The notes: generated by a model from the sequence alone, not told the origin. A DNA stretch of 64,000 nucleotides from Balanoglossus misakiensis (GCA_040954595.2 CM082582.2:4200303-4264302), one strand, 5' to 3'. Counted from the first letter of the stretch, positions 12,826-26,254 are shown. Numbers and translations: made by a program.

Positions 12826-13853
12826 TGATGAGCAGTAAAGAGGTTTACATAAACAATTGATTGAATGGACTATTCTGCCTATATTCATACCTTTCCCTAT
12901 GCTACTGACTAGAAATACTGATTAATGATTGGCAACCATTCGAAATTTCTTAAGCAGACTGATTTCAAAACATGCAGGTCATAATACAGACCACATGAAA
13001 CAATGCAATACTTTTAAAACTTAAAGAGGAACAAAATTCATAATACAAAAGCAATCTACATTGATAAAATATTTATAAATAAGAATATCAAACTTTTTTG
13101 GTCTAAACTATTGGGTTTTGAGAGAGAACAAGTAAGTTCAGATTAAATTACGTTCATTACATTTACTTCAAATACCGAAATTGCCACGTTGTGGAAAGTG
13201 AAAACTTATCACTGGAATTAAAATTTATGGAAATTTGCTGTAATTCTCCATCAGTTGCTTGTGCCATTCCAGCCTATATTAGTTATATGGTAAGTGAGCG
13301 CGCATGTTAATATATTAATATTGCTATTACACACAGGTCTGGCTGAAATGGCATTCTCCTGAAAATCAGTGGAACCATATGAGACGCGACATTGAAAAAA
13401 TACGCAATACTGCTTTGCACTGCACTTGTTGCAAACGCGCAATGGGTGACAAAAATCTACTGATCTTCAGGCTGACTTACTGCATTATTTGATACAGTAT
13501 TAACAAACTCACTAAGTGACATTTTTGATACTCATTAAAATAATTCTCTTAGATTGAATAATGTTGCTTTAACTTTATTACAAACATAAAAATAATTGCA
13601 GAAAATTTGAAAGAAGCCACAACGTGGTAAATTATGAGAGACATACAGTACAGCTTGGAGACTTTCTGGCGTACGTGAAAGGAAGTAATGCTGAGACATA
13701 TGGTACTGAACTAATTACTTGCTCTCTCTCTTTGGAATTACAATCTATTATGACACATATAAATAATGAAAATACATGTGTATTAAAACAATTAAAAACT
13801 TTTAAAATAGCAACAACAATCCTGTGGTTTCTTCTCTTCTTAAATAAACTTAA

Positions 13854-13989
13854 AGGGACAATGTCTCTCTCTCGCTGCCCTTTTTCCATTAATTATGTTT
13901 GATACAAGGCACCGTTTATGTTATTCTACATGTGGATGTATAGTGAATCAACATTCAACCAAACACAGCAAGAGAGAGACTTTGTCCCT
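13854..13989. mobile_element. Kolobok-like MITE
   Basis: TIR agggacaatgtctctctctcgctg / cagcaagagagagactttgtccct; TTAA TSD. Confidence 0.75.
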
Positions 13990-14143
13990 TTAATTTCTCG
14001 TCTTGAAATCTGGATATCTTCATATCTTCGGAAAACCTCTTCATTCTCGCCTAGAGGGACAGAGTTGCAGAGACTTCCTCCTCTTCCACCATGGAAACAA
14101 TCTGGAAAATCCACAAAAATGGTTACAAACAAAAGCAAAACTA

Positions 14144-14333
14144 CTGTAAAACACTTTATTTTCGCCAGAAATAAATTTTCGCCAAATACGCGAGCGCCAA
14201 AATAATGTGAAAATAAAAAGTTGCATAAATTATTTTTGATTAACAATGCACTGAATGAAATAAGAGAACGCGAAAATTAATACTTGCAAAACAGTGGCCT
14301 CTCTCGATTTCGCGAAAATAAAGTGTTTTACAG
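14144..14333. mobile_element. Tc1/mariner-pogo-like MITE family E
   Basis: TIR ctgtaaaacactttattttcgc / gcgaaaataaagtgttttacag; TA TSD; copies at 31046, 53258 and 58525. Confidence 0.85.
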
Positions 14334-14521
14334 TACCTCATTCTAAGTGTCTTATAAACCGAATGCATGGCTACCACTTTTTGAATTAATGTCATTATTT
14401 TACTTTCAAAATTAAGACTGATCCGTTGAAATAGGCTTCAACTGGCCATCACCGTAAATGACTCTGAGTACTATGGTGTGGCCAATTGCAAGTGCATGCA
14501 TGTGTGGAGTAAGGGTGGGAC

Positions 14522-14669
14522 TAGACTCTCTCACAGCCCACGCTTCGCTACAAGGCTCTTCACTGACACGCCCTCAACTGTTTAGCAAAGGAGAAGCCCC
14601 ATATGGTGTTGGGTAGCGAACCTCTCACCGGGAACACATGGACGACGAGAGGGGCTGTGAGAGAGTTTA
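14522..14669. mobile_element. MITE family M9, copy 2
   Basis: Same TIRs as 12-159; perfect 9-bp TSD gggtgggac (14513-14521 / 14670-14678). Confidence 0.88.
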
Positions 14670-15422
14670 GGGTGGGACTGGTATGTGTTTCCATTCCATA
14701 TTCTTCCTCATTCAGCGAAGACCAGCGATAAACATTCCGATGGTAGAGGACTTGACATCAAGACCTAGCAAAAGGGCAAAAGAAAAAAAAAGTTACAAGG
14801 TACCATAGATTTGTGACCTGAGACTAGACCTCATGAGTTAATATAAATCAGCTGTCAAAATCTCAAAGATTGGCTGAAGTGAAATGTCATGTGACTTACA
14901 CTGCTTCAAGTCACTGATCCCCCCTACTTCCGCACAGGTTTTTGAGGAATTACGGAAAAACTTGGCAGATATTCGACATTTTAAAAAAATCAATTCATGA
15001 GCCTGTAAAGGCATTTCAACACTGTGTTACATGCGTGTCCAAAGACATTTTCTGAGTTGAACGTATTTTTTTTAATTCATGCCATGATCATTTAAAAAAA
15101 TATAGTTTTTATCCTTTTCAGAGCTGCCTTCTTTCAAAACAAGCTGAATGAAATCAAAACAAACAAAATCTGCAAATGATGTACATGCCAAAGTTGTTTG
15201 GACAAAGAACAATTTACGTTCAAAGATAAACAAAAATAGTCTGAGTATTAGCGAAATATTAAGTTTCAGATGCACTGGTTGTACTCAAGGCATAATTGCG
15301 CACCAGAAACAGACTTGAAATTATTTCTCTCCCCCTCTTTCAAGTCTTATTCTGCGAAAAATATACATTCGTCTATGAGGTCATTGTTTGTATCAGTGTA
15401 AAAATGATGTGTATCACATGAC

Positions 15423-15881
15423 ATTAATTTGAATAACCATAGAAGTGGAAACGCCTTACATAAATCGTTTAAAACCCTGTCTCTACACGTCTCGTACCTC
15501 AGTACTTATTTGAACTCGTACGATATTGGTAGACACCTCAATCATACGAAACGATTTGCCTTCAGCAACGCTTTCAGTAAATACTACGACAGGCAATGGA
15601 ACAGGTAACTTCCTGTAACAATGGCTGAACAATGAAAAGTTGCTACTGTACACAGCTCACCCAACCTCTCTAAGAAATCAAGTGTTTCGCCCTTTAAATT
15701 CAGATACACTATAAGACTAACCTACCGGCCATATTACATAACATGGCATGGGAGCTTTATAAAAATAATGCGCTTCACAAAATGAAATTAATTTGAATAA
15801 CTATAGCAGTGGAAACGCCTTACATAAATCTTTTAAAACCCTGTCTCTACATGTCTCGTACCTCAGTGCTTATTTGAACTC
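15423..15881. repeat. 95-bp direct duplication just upstream of the sulfatase ATG
   Basis: 15423-15517 and 15787-15881 are near-identical (attaatttgaataac...acataaatc...ttatttgaactc); both contain TATA-like tacataaa. Confidence 0.85.
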
Positions 15882-15893
15882 ACTCCATATTGA

Positions 15894-16153
<260 letters not shown>

Positions 16154-16375
16154 GTACGAAATTCTGTTTTTCCGATCATTTGCCAACATGAAGTGAATAT
16201 AAAGGCGTGCTCTTGTGGCAGTTTCGTGTACAGCCTAAGGCATTGCCTCATACCGTATATTGTTTACAACATGAAGCCTATCAGAAATGAATTCTAGTGT
16301 TTAGGCCAAGGTTTTAGATCTGACACTAGTCCAACATGTAAGTAACACTCAAACATAAAAATTGGAGGGCAGTAA

Positions 16376-16567
16376 GGGGAGAACCATTTGACTTCTGGGG
16401 GTGGGGGATTTCGGCATGTCAGCAAATTTTGTTTCAATCACTGTAACAGCGATTTCCAGTACACCCGTTTCCACAATATTACAGAAGGTAATTTTTTCCC
16501 CTCCGCACCAACAAATCTTCAAACCAAAATTCCTCCATCCACCCCTAGAAATCAAATGTTTTCCCCC
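16376..16567. mobile_element. PIF/Harbinger-like MITE in sulfatase intron 1
   Basis: TIR ggggagaaccatttgacttctgggg / cccctagaaatcaaatgttttccccc; TAA TSD. Confidence 0.7.
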
Positions 16568-16627
16568 TAAGATCATTACGATCGTCATCACCACCGTCGA
16601 ATCCCCTTTTTGATTGTCTTCTTGTAG

Positions 16628-17211
16628 ATTCACACCGGCTTACAGCATTCAAACATATTGACCACTAGTCTAGAATCTATCCGTTCGTAGTCGCATTCAC
16701 CCTACTACCGTCTAGGAACGCAGAACCAAAATCTAGTAAGGCCATAAAAATGGTAATTTGAATGTGAATAGTCTCCAACTGAGCAGTCTGACGTCAGAGA
16801 AGTCAATCACTTACGTTGACCGACTACTGATTGGCCGTGAGGTGATGACGTTGAATGTTAATTATGTTTACAATGTAGCTCCGCCCCGAATGATACATAA
16901 TCATGATCACGTGGTGACGCTTGACGTCAGATTGCTCAGTTGGAGACTATTCACATTCAAATTACCATTTTTATGGCCTTACTAGATTTTGGTTCTGCGT
17001 TCCTAGACGGTAGTAGGGTGAATGCGACTACGAACGGATAGATTCTAGACTAATTGACCACCCAACCCAACTGTTTACCCCTGGATGAAGTGACATTGGC
17101 ACAGAAAACTCAAGGACCAGGGTTACTCTACACATCTTGTGGGAAAGTGGCATCTGGGCTTTTATAAGGAAGCGTGCTTGCCAACTCGCCGTGGATTTGA
17201 CTCCTTCTTCG
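16628..17211 (+). pseudogene. ARSB: Arylsulfatase exon 2, interrupted by a MITE
   Basis: Removing 16666-17061 restores [63 protein letters not shown]. Confidence 0.9.
16666..17052. mobile_element. Foldback MITE, ~130-bp near-perfect TIRs, TAG...CTA termini, 9-bp TSD
   Basis: tagtctagaatctatccg...tgacgtca versus its reverse complement ending 17052; perfect TSD attgaccac (16657-16665 / 17053-17061). Confidence 0.93.
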
Positions 17212-17456
17212 GTAAGATCATCATGAGAATAACTCAAAAAATATAGCGTGCAACAGGTCCCTCCACACACACATTAAGCTTTCCGTGGCATGCAATATTG
17301 AATTCCTGTGTGCAAGGCATTCTTGTTGAAATTGGCCCTGTTCTGGTGGTCATGACGTCGCATTTTCATTGAACAGAAGCTATGCTGGAGTGGACCGTTG
17401 TTTCAAACGATCAGTAGAAATTCCCACTAATTATGCTCAATCTTTTCTTCTCTCAG

Positions 17457-17620
17457 GATATTACACATGCTGCGAAGACTACTACACACATGTCAAACAC
17501 TCTCACTATGACTTTCATAGAAACGAGGAAGACGTAGCAAAGGAATACAGTGGCGAGTATTCAACAATGCTTTTTGCCAGAGAGGTGGAAAATATTATCA
17601 AAGGACACGATTCAAACCAG
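17457..17620 (+). pseudogene. ARSB: Arylsulfatase exon 3 (open)
   Basis: GYYTCCEDYYTH..YDFHRNEE..YSGEYSTMLFAREVENIIKGHDSNQ; AG/GT boundaries. Confidence 0.88.
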
Positions 17621-17656
17621 GTATTCAATTTCTAAGAATAAAGAAGATATGAACCT

Positions 17657-17971
17657 ATTATATTATACCAGTATATTGATGGTGTAAATCACGCTATTTG
17701 ATTGGTCGAGACACGACACGTGACCGTGATATATTAGCCATATACCACAGTCATATATCATAGTCAAAGAAAATGCCTTTTTAAAATGTTTTATGCAAAG
17801 TTTCAATATACTGGCATAATATAATAGCAATAAAACACCCCCAGCCATGGTATACCACTCGATTTTGACCAGTTCAACTCCATATACGCACTCGCTATCG
17901 CTCGTGCGTATATGTCGTGAACTGGTCAAAATCTCGTGGTATACCATGGCTGGGGGTGTTTTATTGCTTAA
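17657..17971. mobile_element. Terminal-hairpin element family H2, copy a (intact)
   Basis: IR attatattataccagtatattga / tcaatatactggcataatataat, then 143-nt hairpin 17826-17968 with three TC/TC mismatches; second copy at 40265. Confidence 0.85.
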
Positions 17972-18245
17972 ATATTATCAAAATTATTAAAATGAAAATA
18001 CTAAATAGCGATACATTTTCATTGAATTCAATTGAATTTATTAAAAGACTTCTGTCATTATCTTAACCATGTTTCATATCATTTGGTGGAGTAACTCTAG
18101 AATCATAAGAATCACACCAATAATTTTACAAATCAGTCCACTGTGAAATCGAAATCTGTGTGAAATTAACTAGTTTAGCATTATATAATTACAAATTTTC
18201 ATTAAATATGCAAATTTGCAGTTTATTGATTAGGCAAGGGTCTCA

Positions 18246-19126
18246 GTAATATCATGAAAATATCGCAAAGTATTCACAAGAACATTAGCGCTGCGTATTG
18301 CCGACGCGTAGTGGGGGCCGAGGGCGATGCACTGCGCTAATGTCCGAGTGTATAACATGAGGTTATTACGAAAATACCGCAAAGTATGCACGAGGACATA
18401 AACGCTCAGTATCGCCCGACGCGCAGCGGAGGGCGATGCGCTGCGCTAATGTCCGAGTGCATACTTTGCGGTATTTTCGTAATAACCTTATTATTATACA
18501 TCTTACATCTCCGTTAGTTCTTGTGTTGCATGTTACTTGGCTTTCAAAATGCCGATAGAATCGATCGAAAACCGCTCAGTTGACTCAGTGAGCAGCCATC
18601 TTTCTTTTTTGTTTACGTGCGTTGGAGTGGGGGTGTCTTAAAACCGTCCGCATAACAACGCATACCTGTACACGGTGAGTTGGGGCGCCTTGAAACTCAA
18701 AACTTATTTAATACGCGTTCCGTACGTACCGTTCCGTACGGCTTTTTATTGCACGCCAAAATCTATTGTTCTCGGCACTAGATGTATAATAATTTGCAAT
18801 ATTTTCGTAATAACCTTATTATTATACATCTTACATCTCCGTTAGTTCTTGTGTTGCATATTACTTGGCTTTCAAAATGCTGTTACGATCGCTCAGCTGA
18901 AACACAGTACACAATGAGCAGCCATCTTTCTTTTTGTTTGTTTATGTTGGAGTGGGGTGTCTTGAAACCGTCCTCATTAACACTGCTTACCTATACCAGA
19001 CACGGTGAGTTTGGGCACCTTGAAACTGTGGGTGTATTTAACACACGTTCCGTATGTAACCGTTCCGTACGCCTGTTTAGCGCACGCTAAATTCTATTGT
19101 TCTCACAGTGCTAGATGTATAATAAT
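18246..19126. mobile_element. Terminal-hairpin element family H4: one copy (~18360-18793) nested in the hairpin of another
   Basis: Hairpin 18360-18488 with GA/GA mismatches and a GCA loop; IR attattatacatct / agatgtataataat; duplicated bodies 18490-18793 and ~18818-19126. Confidence 0.82.
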
Positions 19127-19149
19127 TCTCAGTATCGGTTCTCTTCCAG

Positions 19150-19360
19150 CCTTTGTTTGTCTATCTGGCATTTCAGTCTGTACATAGTCCGCTGGAAGTG
19201 CCAGAGCACTACAGCAAACAGTACAAAGGCCTAATAGAGGACGAAGACCGGTTAATATACGCAGGCATGGTGACGTGTATGGATGAAGCCATTGGAAACG
19301 TCACCAGAGCCTTGAAACAATCTCCCATGTGGAATAACACAGTCATTGTCTTTTCAACAG
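19150..19360 (+). pseudogene. ARSB: Arylsulfatase exon 4 (open)
   Basis: [48 protein letters not shown]. Confidence 0.9.
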
Positions 19361-19666
19361 GTAAGACAACTCTCTGCAAAGTATCAACCCTTAATAGAAT
19401 TCTATAACATTCTGTAGATTTTATCATTTCTGTTGAGATATCTATAAAATGTTTTTGGTAAGGGACCTGTCATTATATATATCAACCCATGGTCTTAGAA
19501 TTGTAATTTAACAATATTTACAATACCATGCAGAGTAGATGTGGTTGGCAACAACTGACGCTGTCGACAACAAACACAAATTGAGGTAATCAAGATGTGG
19601 CACTTTCAACAATTAGAGACCCTTACTTTCCCATACCATATCCCAACCTATATTTTCATGCACTAG

Positions 19667-19913
19667 ATAACGGGGCTGCTATTGAGGGAGGAAACAACTG
19701 GCCATTCCGAGGTGAGAAGACGGAATTATGGGAAGGTGGTGTCCATGGCATCGGGTTTGTGCACAGCCCACTTCTGGAAGACAACATGAAAGGCACAGCC
19801 AGCACGGAGATGGTGCACATAAGCGACTGGTTTCCAACCCTGGTCCACATAGCTGGCGGTACGCTGAGTGGCACTAAACCACTAGATGGCTACAATCAAT
19901 GGCCAACCATAAG
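19667..19913 (+). pseudogene. ARSB: Arylsulfatase exon 5 (open)
   Basis: DNGAAIEGGNNWPFRGEKTELWEGGVHGIGFVHSPLL..HISDWFPTLV..LDGYNQWPTI. Confidence 0.92.
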
Positions 19914-20281
19914 GTGATTTGGGGTTCACAGTGACGGGTGTTTGTAAAAGCTGCGTGTAAAACTCATCACTACCAGTTACAGCTGGAAACGTGCTTTACA
20001 AGCACTCCATACTGACAGATTAAGGGCGTGGGCAGAATCACGGCAGAATGAAACAGGGTCACTACTTGTAACGCACAGGCTGAACACAACTAGTCGCTTT
20101 CTCCCTGGCGTGTTTTACGTCTCATTAGAGCACTTGAACCAGTCCAACAGATCACGGTAACCGTGAACAGATATACAACGAGTGTAAAACCATGCATACA
20201 CTGAGAGTATGGTAAAACATAAACACTAAGGATGGTGAAACATACACACTAATATGGATATGTTGAAATTGATTCTTTCAG

Positions 20282-20454
20282 TGAGGGCCTGCCGACTCCA
20301 AGAAATGAGATACTCCATAACATTGACCCACTGACCCCACTGCCAATGGATGTTTCCGTGAGTGACTCCCTGGTTGCCACGGAGGGCTTATTCAACACGT
20401 CGATTCGAGTGGCTCTCAGAGTGGGCGACTGGAAAATTCTGACCGGTTTTCCAG
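20282..20454 (+). pseudogene. ARSB: Arylsulfatase exon 6 (open)
   Basis: EGLPTPRNEILHNIDP..FNTSIRVALRVGDWKILTGFP. Confidence 0.88.
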
Positions 20455-21075
20455 GTAAGGAAACCGGTCTGCTTCTGTTGCACTGTAACCGTTTTGTCAC
20501 GACAATGGCTGTCTCTATTTCTGCAGTTGACAAGAAAAGCCTTGGTGGTGATTACTTGACAATAATATGCCAGGATAGAGCACGGCCATATTTGGATCCC
20601 ATCGCTTAGGAAGCCTACCCTCTGAACACTACACATTTCACAGCCAAAATGTCGGTGCAATATTGATTTCGTTTTTTATGTACTGTGCTATTGTTTTTAC
20701 CCTTATTTTGAACCAAATGGCCAGTTTTCTGGACAGCGCCAAACTGACGCACCCCACGTGACTGCACACATTGGACAATCCATCACAGACTACCATACAG
20801 ATGAGGAGTGTCACAAATCCTGATATTGCCCGCCTGCACATCGATGTGTTTAACAGACAGTAGTCGTACAGGCACATGAACAACAACAACAGCTCCCGTG
20901 TGTGAACAAGCCAGCTCTAATGAGAGCGGGTGACTGTCAGTCACATTGGATCGCATTGCATACATTATGCTTGATATCTACCGTATATTTTTGTTGAACT
21001 CTCCTTGTGATGTTGATACAAAAATTATTGGGCATTAAATAATTTTTTTTTTTCTGGTCTGTTTCTCGGCCTTAG

Positions 21076-21338
21076 GACAAGGACTCTGGTTTCCACCACA
21101 AGAATCTGGACGGCCACCCATTGTTCCCGAGAACGACTCGGCCAAACAAGTCTGGTTGTTCAACATCAAGAGTGACCCGGAAGAAAGATTCGACCTCTCC
21201 GAGGCAGAACCTGAGATGGTAAAAGAGCTGTTGGACAGATTAGAAGACTATTACAAAACGTCGGTTCCTGTTCGATTTCCAGAGCCTGACAAAACAGCTG
21301 GAAAACGTCTTGGAGAAAGTTGGGAACCATGGCAATAA
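21076..21338 (+). pseudogene. ARSB: Arylsulfatase exon 7 (terminal, open to TAA)
   Basis: GQGLWFPPQ..VWLFNIKSDPEERFDLS..VKELLDRL..VPVRFP..WEPWQ*. Confidence 0.88.
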
Positions 21339-21600
21339 AGTCATTTAGCTATAATGACACAGTATCATTTTGGTGTCCCTCCTATTGGTTAACAACAGCA
21401 CAAGAAAAAACAAAAAGAAGTCGTTCCAACTATTTTTCTCAGGCCATCTTCTAACATGAATCAGACTGTGAATGGTATAGATGCCTGCACCTCACTTTTA
21501 TCGTCCCCTGAGCTGCTAGTACACACGTGGTTCAAATTGATATGGCTTTATTTCTTCATTATTATAAGTATTCATCAGCATCAACTGAACTCAGTCATTA

Positions 21601-22010
21601 TTATAACACACCATGCAGCGAACCCTGGAGCGTGATTCGTCAATACGACGTCACGTCACAGGCATGAAAAAAGGTGGCAAATTCCGGCATTCGCGCACAT
21701 TTTTCGGAACCGACACAATAAGCAATGCATAGACAGGTACCCTAGGTGAGCTTTTGACGGGGAAAAATAAAAACTTTTTATAGCATGTCATAGACCCTTT
21801 AATCATTTTGAACTGTTCCCTAGGGCATCAGTTCGATCGGTTTGGTGTGTTATAAAACACATGATGACTGACATATTCGGGCAACAGAGTATTTTTGATG
21901 ACCTCGGGACTGCCAGTCACACCAAAACAGTCTGTTTTAGTTGTGACTAGCAGCGCCCTCGGTCAACAAAATCCACTGTTGCCCTCATTGTCAGTCATCA
22001 TGTGTATACT
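21601..22010. mobile_element. Terminal-hairpin element family H1, copy b (hairpin apex deleted)
   Basis: Homologous to 1309-1657; IR at 21601 and 21843-21855; hairpin 21857-22005. Confidence 0.8.
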
Positions 22011-22071
22011 GTTGTCTTCTGAGAAAACGCTTGCCCATTCAAAACTTTCAGAGCTCTGGTCACAGCGGTTA

Positions 22072-23029
22072 GGGACCGTTCAGTTTTTACGGCAGGGGGG
22101 GGGGGGGCCGGCAAGTTTGTGTCATCGGTTCTCAAAATCAGGCCGACCCCCCTTCACCCAGCACCAAAAAATGATGACCCCCCCTTTGACAGACCCAAAA
22201 ATATGATGACCCCCCCCCCCCCCATGCCCAAAACATTCGCCGTCCTGATCCTATGTACACTGTATGCCTTAAAGGGAATGAGGCTCCTCACACCTCAATT
22301 ATAAATTTCTTAAAGTATTATTGAAGTATATAATAGTATATCGTTGCAATAAAGAAATCTACGAACAAATTAACATGACAAGTGAATACAATAGTTGCTG
22401 GAATCGGTAAAACAAGAAAAGTGGAGGGGGTGGGTGTGGGAGGGGGACACCCCCTCCCACACCCACCCACAAAAGAAAATTTTGTAAAATATGTAGCGCA
22501 AAGATGCATTTTAATGAACTCAAAAGCAAATTATCTCAATGTTTGGGAGGAACAATTTTACTTTTTGCCACTCCACTCAAAGTTAGAAGATTTGGTGTCA
22601 TCTTCGTCATGACATCATTTATAAAACTTCTAGTATAGAAGATGCAGCGCGAAACTATCAGTTATGCAAAATGGTTTAAACAATTATTCTCCTTTATGTA
22701 TTCACTTTGTTAATTATAATCATCAGTGGGGTTGGGGTGGCAAGCACTCTGCCCTGGTACACTAGACAAACGAGCAAAAATTGAAATGTGACGGAGAATG
22801 AAGGGGGTGGGTGTGGGAGGGGGTGTCCCCCTCCGACATTAGAAAATTTTGTAAAATAAAGGGTGCGAAACTGCAATTTTGTGGACTCAAAAGCAAAAGT
22901 TCGGTGGCAAAAGTATGTGACCCCCCCCCCCCCCAAACGTTTAAAAAAAACAGATGACCCCCCCCTTGTGGACTTCAAAATTTAAGTGACCCCCCCCCCC
23001 CCCCCCGGCCGTAAAAACTGAACGGTCCC
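22072..23029. mobile_element. PIF/Harbinger-like MITE family A, copy 3 (inverted)
   Basis: Same TIRs; TTA TSD; reverse complement of 5773-6707. Confidence 0.9.
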
Positions 23030-23991
23030 TTAGCCATTGTACCTACAAACATTGACTCCTCTCACTGCATATTTGTTCTACTTGTGATTTTATCAGCGAG
23101 AACAATAGACTGCAGTGGCGCTCGGTTAATTAACTTTCACTTGTACTGGTATTTCCTCAGTCTTCACTTGCTCAAATGAAAAAGTAAAAACATTTTGAAC
23201 TCGGGGAATAATTGCGCACCAGACTTGGAATTAGCGACATTGTGTGTGATTAAGCAATGATATGTTTTGGGTTGGACAAAAGCACTGGCTATATATATAT
23301 GAAATCAAATCTCTGAATTTAATTGAGGTTACTAGGTGTAACCATCATGTTCATTATCACCACTTTTACCACAACCAATGATTAAAAACTACCACAGCCA
23401 GAAAAAAATGAACACCACAAAAATTCGTACCACACAACCACCAAAGAAAACGTCCAAAGACCATCACCACAAACTACTACCACTATGGATAACCATGACA
23501 ACCATAACCTGGGCTTTCCCCTCCATTGTGTCATCATTGCTGCAGCATCACACCTAACATCTCTACAACAGCATTTGTGACAGGACTAGACATGATTTAA
23601 TCCTTAATTTGGTTGCTATGTTTCAGTAAAATCGATCTATCTAACACTGGTAATAGCTTTCAACAGGTGAAAGTAATGTCCCAGTTTGGACATAGGTGGT
23701 ATAATTATCATCTTTAATCATTCTCATTATTCTGTAGACAAGTTTTAGACTATGGGTAATTTTTGAAATACAAATGTACATCAATTCAATGTCACATGAC
23801 TTTATTATAAGACAGTTGAAAATATCATGCTATTCTCGAACTTATTTTCAAAACATATTTTCACCCATACAAAGTGTTTTACTGTCATAATTTTTCTGTA
23901 GACACATGTACCTAATGTACATTACTTACGTCAAGTTTTGAAAACTACACAGTAGGATATTGTTTGATGCATACACTATAACATAGCTTAC

Positions 23992-25542
23992 CTTGAAGAT
24001 TTCATTGAGAGAAACTCCAGACAACTCAGAAGAGATTCTTGGACTTCAGGAATTCCACAGTGGTCCAGCACTGTCACTATACTGCTGACTCCAGCATGTT
24101 CCAACACCAAATCTGTATCACTAAGAACAAAATGGAAAGAAATTTCTTTGAAATCATTCCAGAATTTACAATAAATCATCAAAACTAAATAAAATATCAG
24201 CAAATTTAACTGTAGTTACCACAGTAAGTTCATGTTGTTTTAATCATTATTTCTAATATGACATATCTCCATTCTCAAATCAAGAAAAAAATTGACACAA
24301 TAGTAGGAGACAAATATTAAACAACTTACCAGTCAGTCACAATCTGACAAACAAACTCTGCTACTTGTACCTTCTCCACTAGTTCCTGTTCACAATAATC
24401 AAAAAAGAAAATTAATATCATCTAGAAACAGAGAGAATAAAAGACAAATAAAAATGGGTATTGCTGATTGACGATGTCAAGAACACAATCACACAGTGTT
24501 TGCTTTCCATAGAAATGATTACATACCTGAGTGAGATAAAGTCCTGCACACAGATCTGGCAGCAAGGATGGTAAGGATGAATCCTGCAGATTTAGAAACG
24601 AACCAATGCCTCTGACTTGTGGAAACAAAACCTGACAAGATAGAAGGAAGGAAGGAAGGTAATAATGTCATGGAAATTTTTTTTAAATTAATGAATTGGT
24701 GGTGGAACTAAGGTAATATTACTCCCACATTATATTGTTTGAACAACTTGGCATGCCATAGGAGAACTTGAATGGTCTTGAAACCTTGAACAGGTACATG
24801 TATAATCAAGAGATTGCAACAAAAATGATAGTTTGCTTCGAAGGAATTTGACTGGACCGCAAAAGCCCTGTACATTGAGTAATCTAAACATTACACTGGG
24901 CGGACAACTAGCTATTGATGTAACATTGGACTGTTACAAAACAATTACAGTGCTGTCCACCCTACATATGGTATATCTTCATAAACCTATATTCAAAGAA
25001 GTTACTAAGTTACTTTGACAGAGTCTGGAGATCCTACAGCATGGCCATGATACATCAGTTCTTGACTCATGATGACATCATGACTTGTACTAGAATCATG
25101 CAACTCAACTTTGTAACACAAATCTGTATAGGAGTCTTTTGGCAACTTCTCCTTTGAAAATACCTGATAGGTTAACAAACAAACAAACAAACATTACAGG
25201 AAACACTTCCAGAATCTGTATGGTTACCACTATGTGTTTAAAAACTGTGGTCAAAATACCCACCTGGATTCAACATATGAACTGGTGACAATTGGAAATA
25301 CACATTCACTGAATAAGTACTTTCACTGACTTTTGTTTTACTTGCCCAGCTGTTACAAAATTGGTCTATTGTACAGACTGTTTTCCTTAGCAACCGTGAT
25401 TGCTTACCTTAGCAACCATGACTTTCTTGTTATCTTGATCCGTTGACAAGTTCCACATGGCATCTCCAGCAGACTCTGGCCATTCCATACCAACAGCCGG
25501 ACAAACATTCCACAACTTACACTGGATGGCTTGGAATGGTAA
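23992..25542 (-). pseudogene. TDRD12: TDRD12-like 3' exon block (post-Tudor; five open exons)
   Basis: 25408-25542 LPFQAIQCKLWNV..VAK; 25014-25163 VFSKE..YKVELHDS..SQELMYHGHA; 24527-24631; 24330-24385; 23992-24120; phases compatible. Confidence 0.75.
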
Positions 25543-25816
25543 CTGTTAATAAATTTCATATTATAATTTATTAAATATCTCTAATTTTTCATCAGTTTGA
25601 ACCAGTTTGATACAAATAAATGTACAAAGAATCAATGTCAATTGGAAATAAAGTCAACCATTTTTAAACTCTAGACATGCAACAATCTCACCATTAAACT
25701 TGTGAGATGCAGTGAATTAAACTCTCAACAAGTAGCAACAGTGAAGTAACCAGAATGCAGCTATGTCTGTATCGTCTCAGAAATCTAATCTCAAAAGGGT
25801 GTCCTTCCTCAATTAC

Positions 25817-25948
25817 CTCTGAGAAAGCATTGGGTATTGGTCTGATAATTTGTCTCTGCTTACAACTTCATTGTCACCATAGTCAACAAAGAATACATCA
25901 TCATAGCAACCAGTATCTGTCACAGATTAAACAACTCCTCTATTCCAT
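25817..25948 (-). pseudogene. TDRD12: TDRD12-like Tudor core exon with stop and frameshift
   Basis: RWNRGVV*SVTDTGCYDDVFFVDYGDNEVVSRDK / IRPIPNAFSE; TAA at 25927-25929. Confidence 0.8.
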
Positions 25949-25993
25949 CTGTAGAATAAACATACACAGTACACAAAGTTGACTTAAAGCGCC

Positions 25994-26254
25994 TAGCTCG
26001 TCTCACACGCATGTTCCAACTGTAGCCGCTGGTTACAGACGTTTAGTGAACAGTCAATCCCATAATGCAGTGCTCTGTCCTAACAACAGAGAAGATGGCG
26101 GCGACCATAATCTGCGTCGGAGATTGGGAAAAGACACTACATTGGGTGAAAAGGAGGAACAAAACCACTTATACGGTGCACATGAAATATGGAAGGAAGC
26201 GAAGGCAGTCCACTGTCCGAATGGAAATTACGTGCATGCGCGTGAGACGATCTA
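25994..26254. mobile_element. MITE-like element with TAG...CTA termini
   Basis: TIR tagctcgtctcacacgcatg / catgcgcgtgagacgatcta; no clear TSD. Confidence 0.5.

Noticed and set aside
13800-14765. Possible additional minus-strand exons (acceptors near 14102 and 14765)
   Set aside because: Plausible splice signals, but stops or TE interruptions in the candidate frames and no recognisable motif
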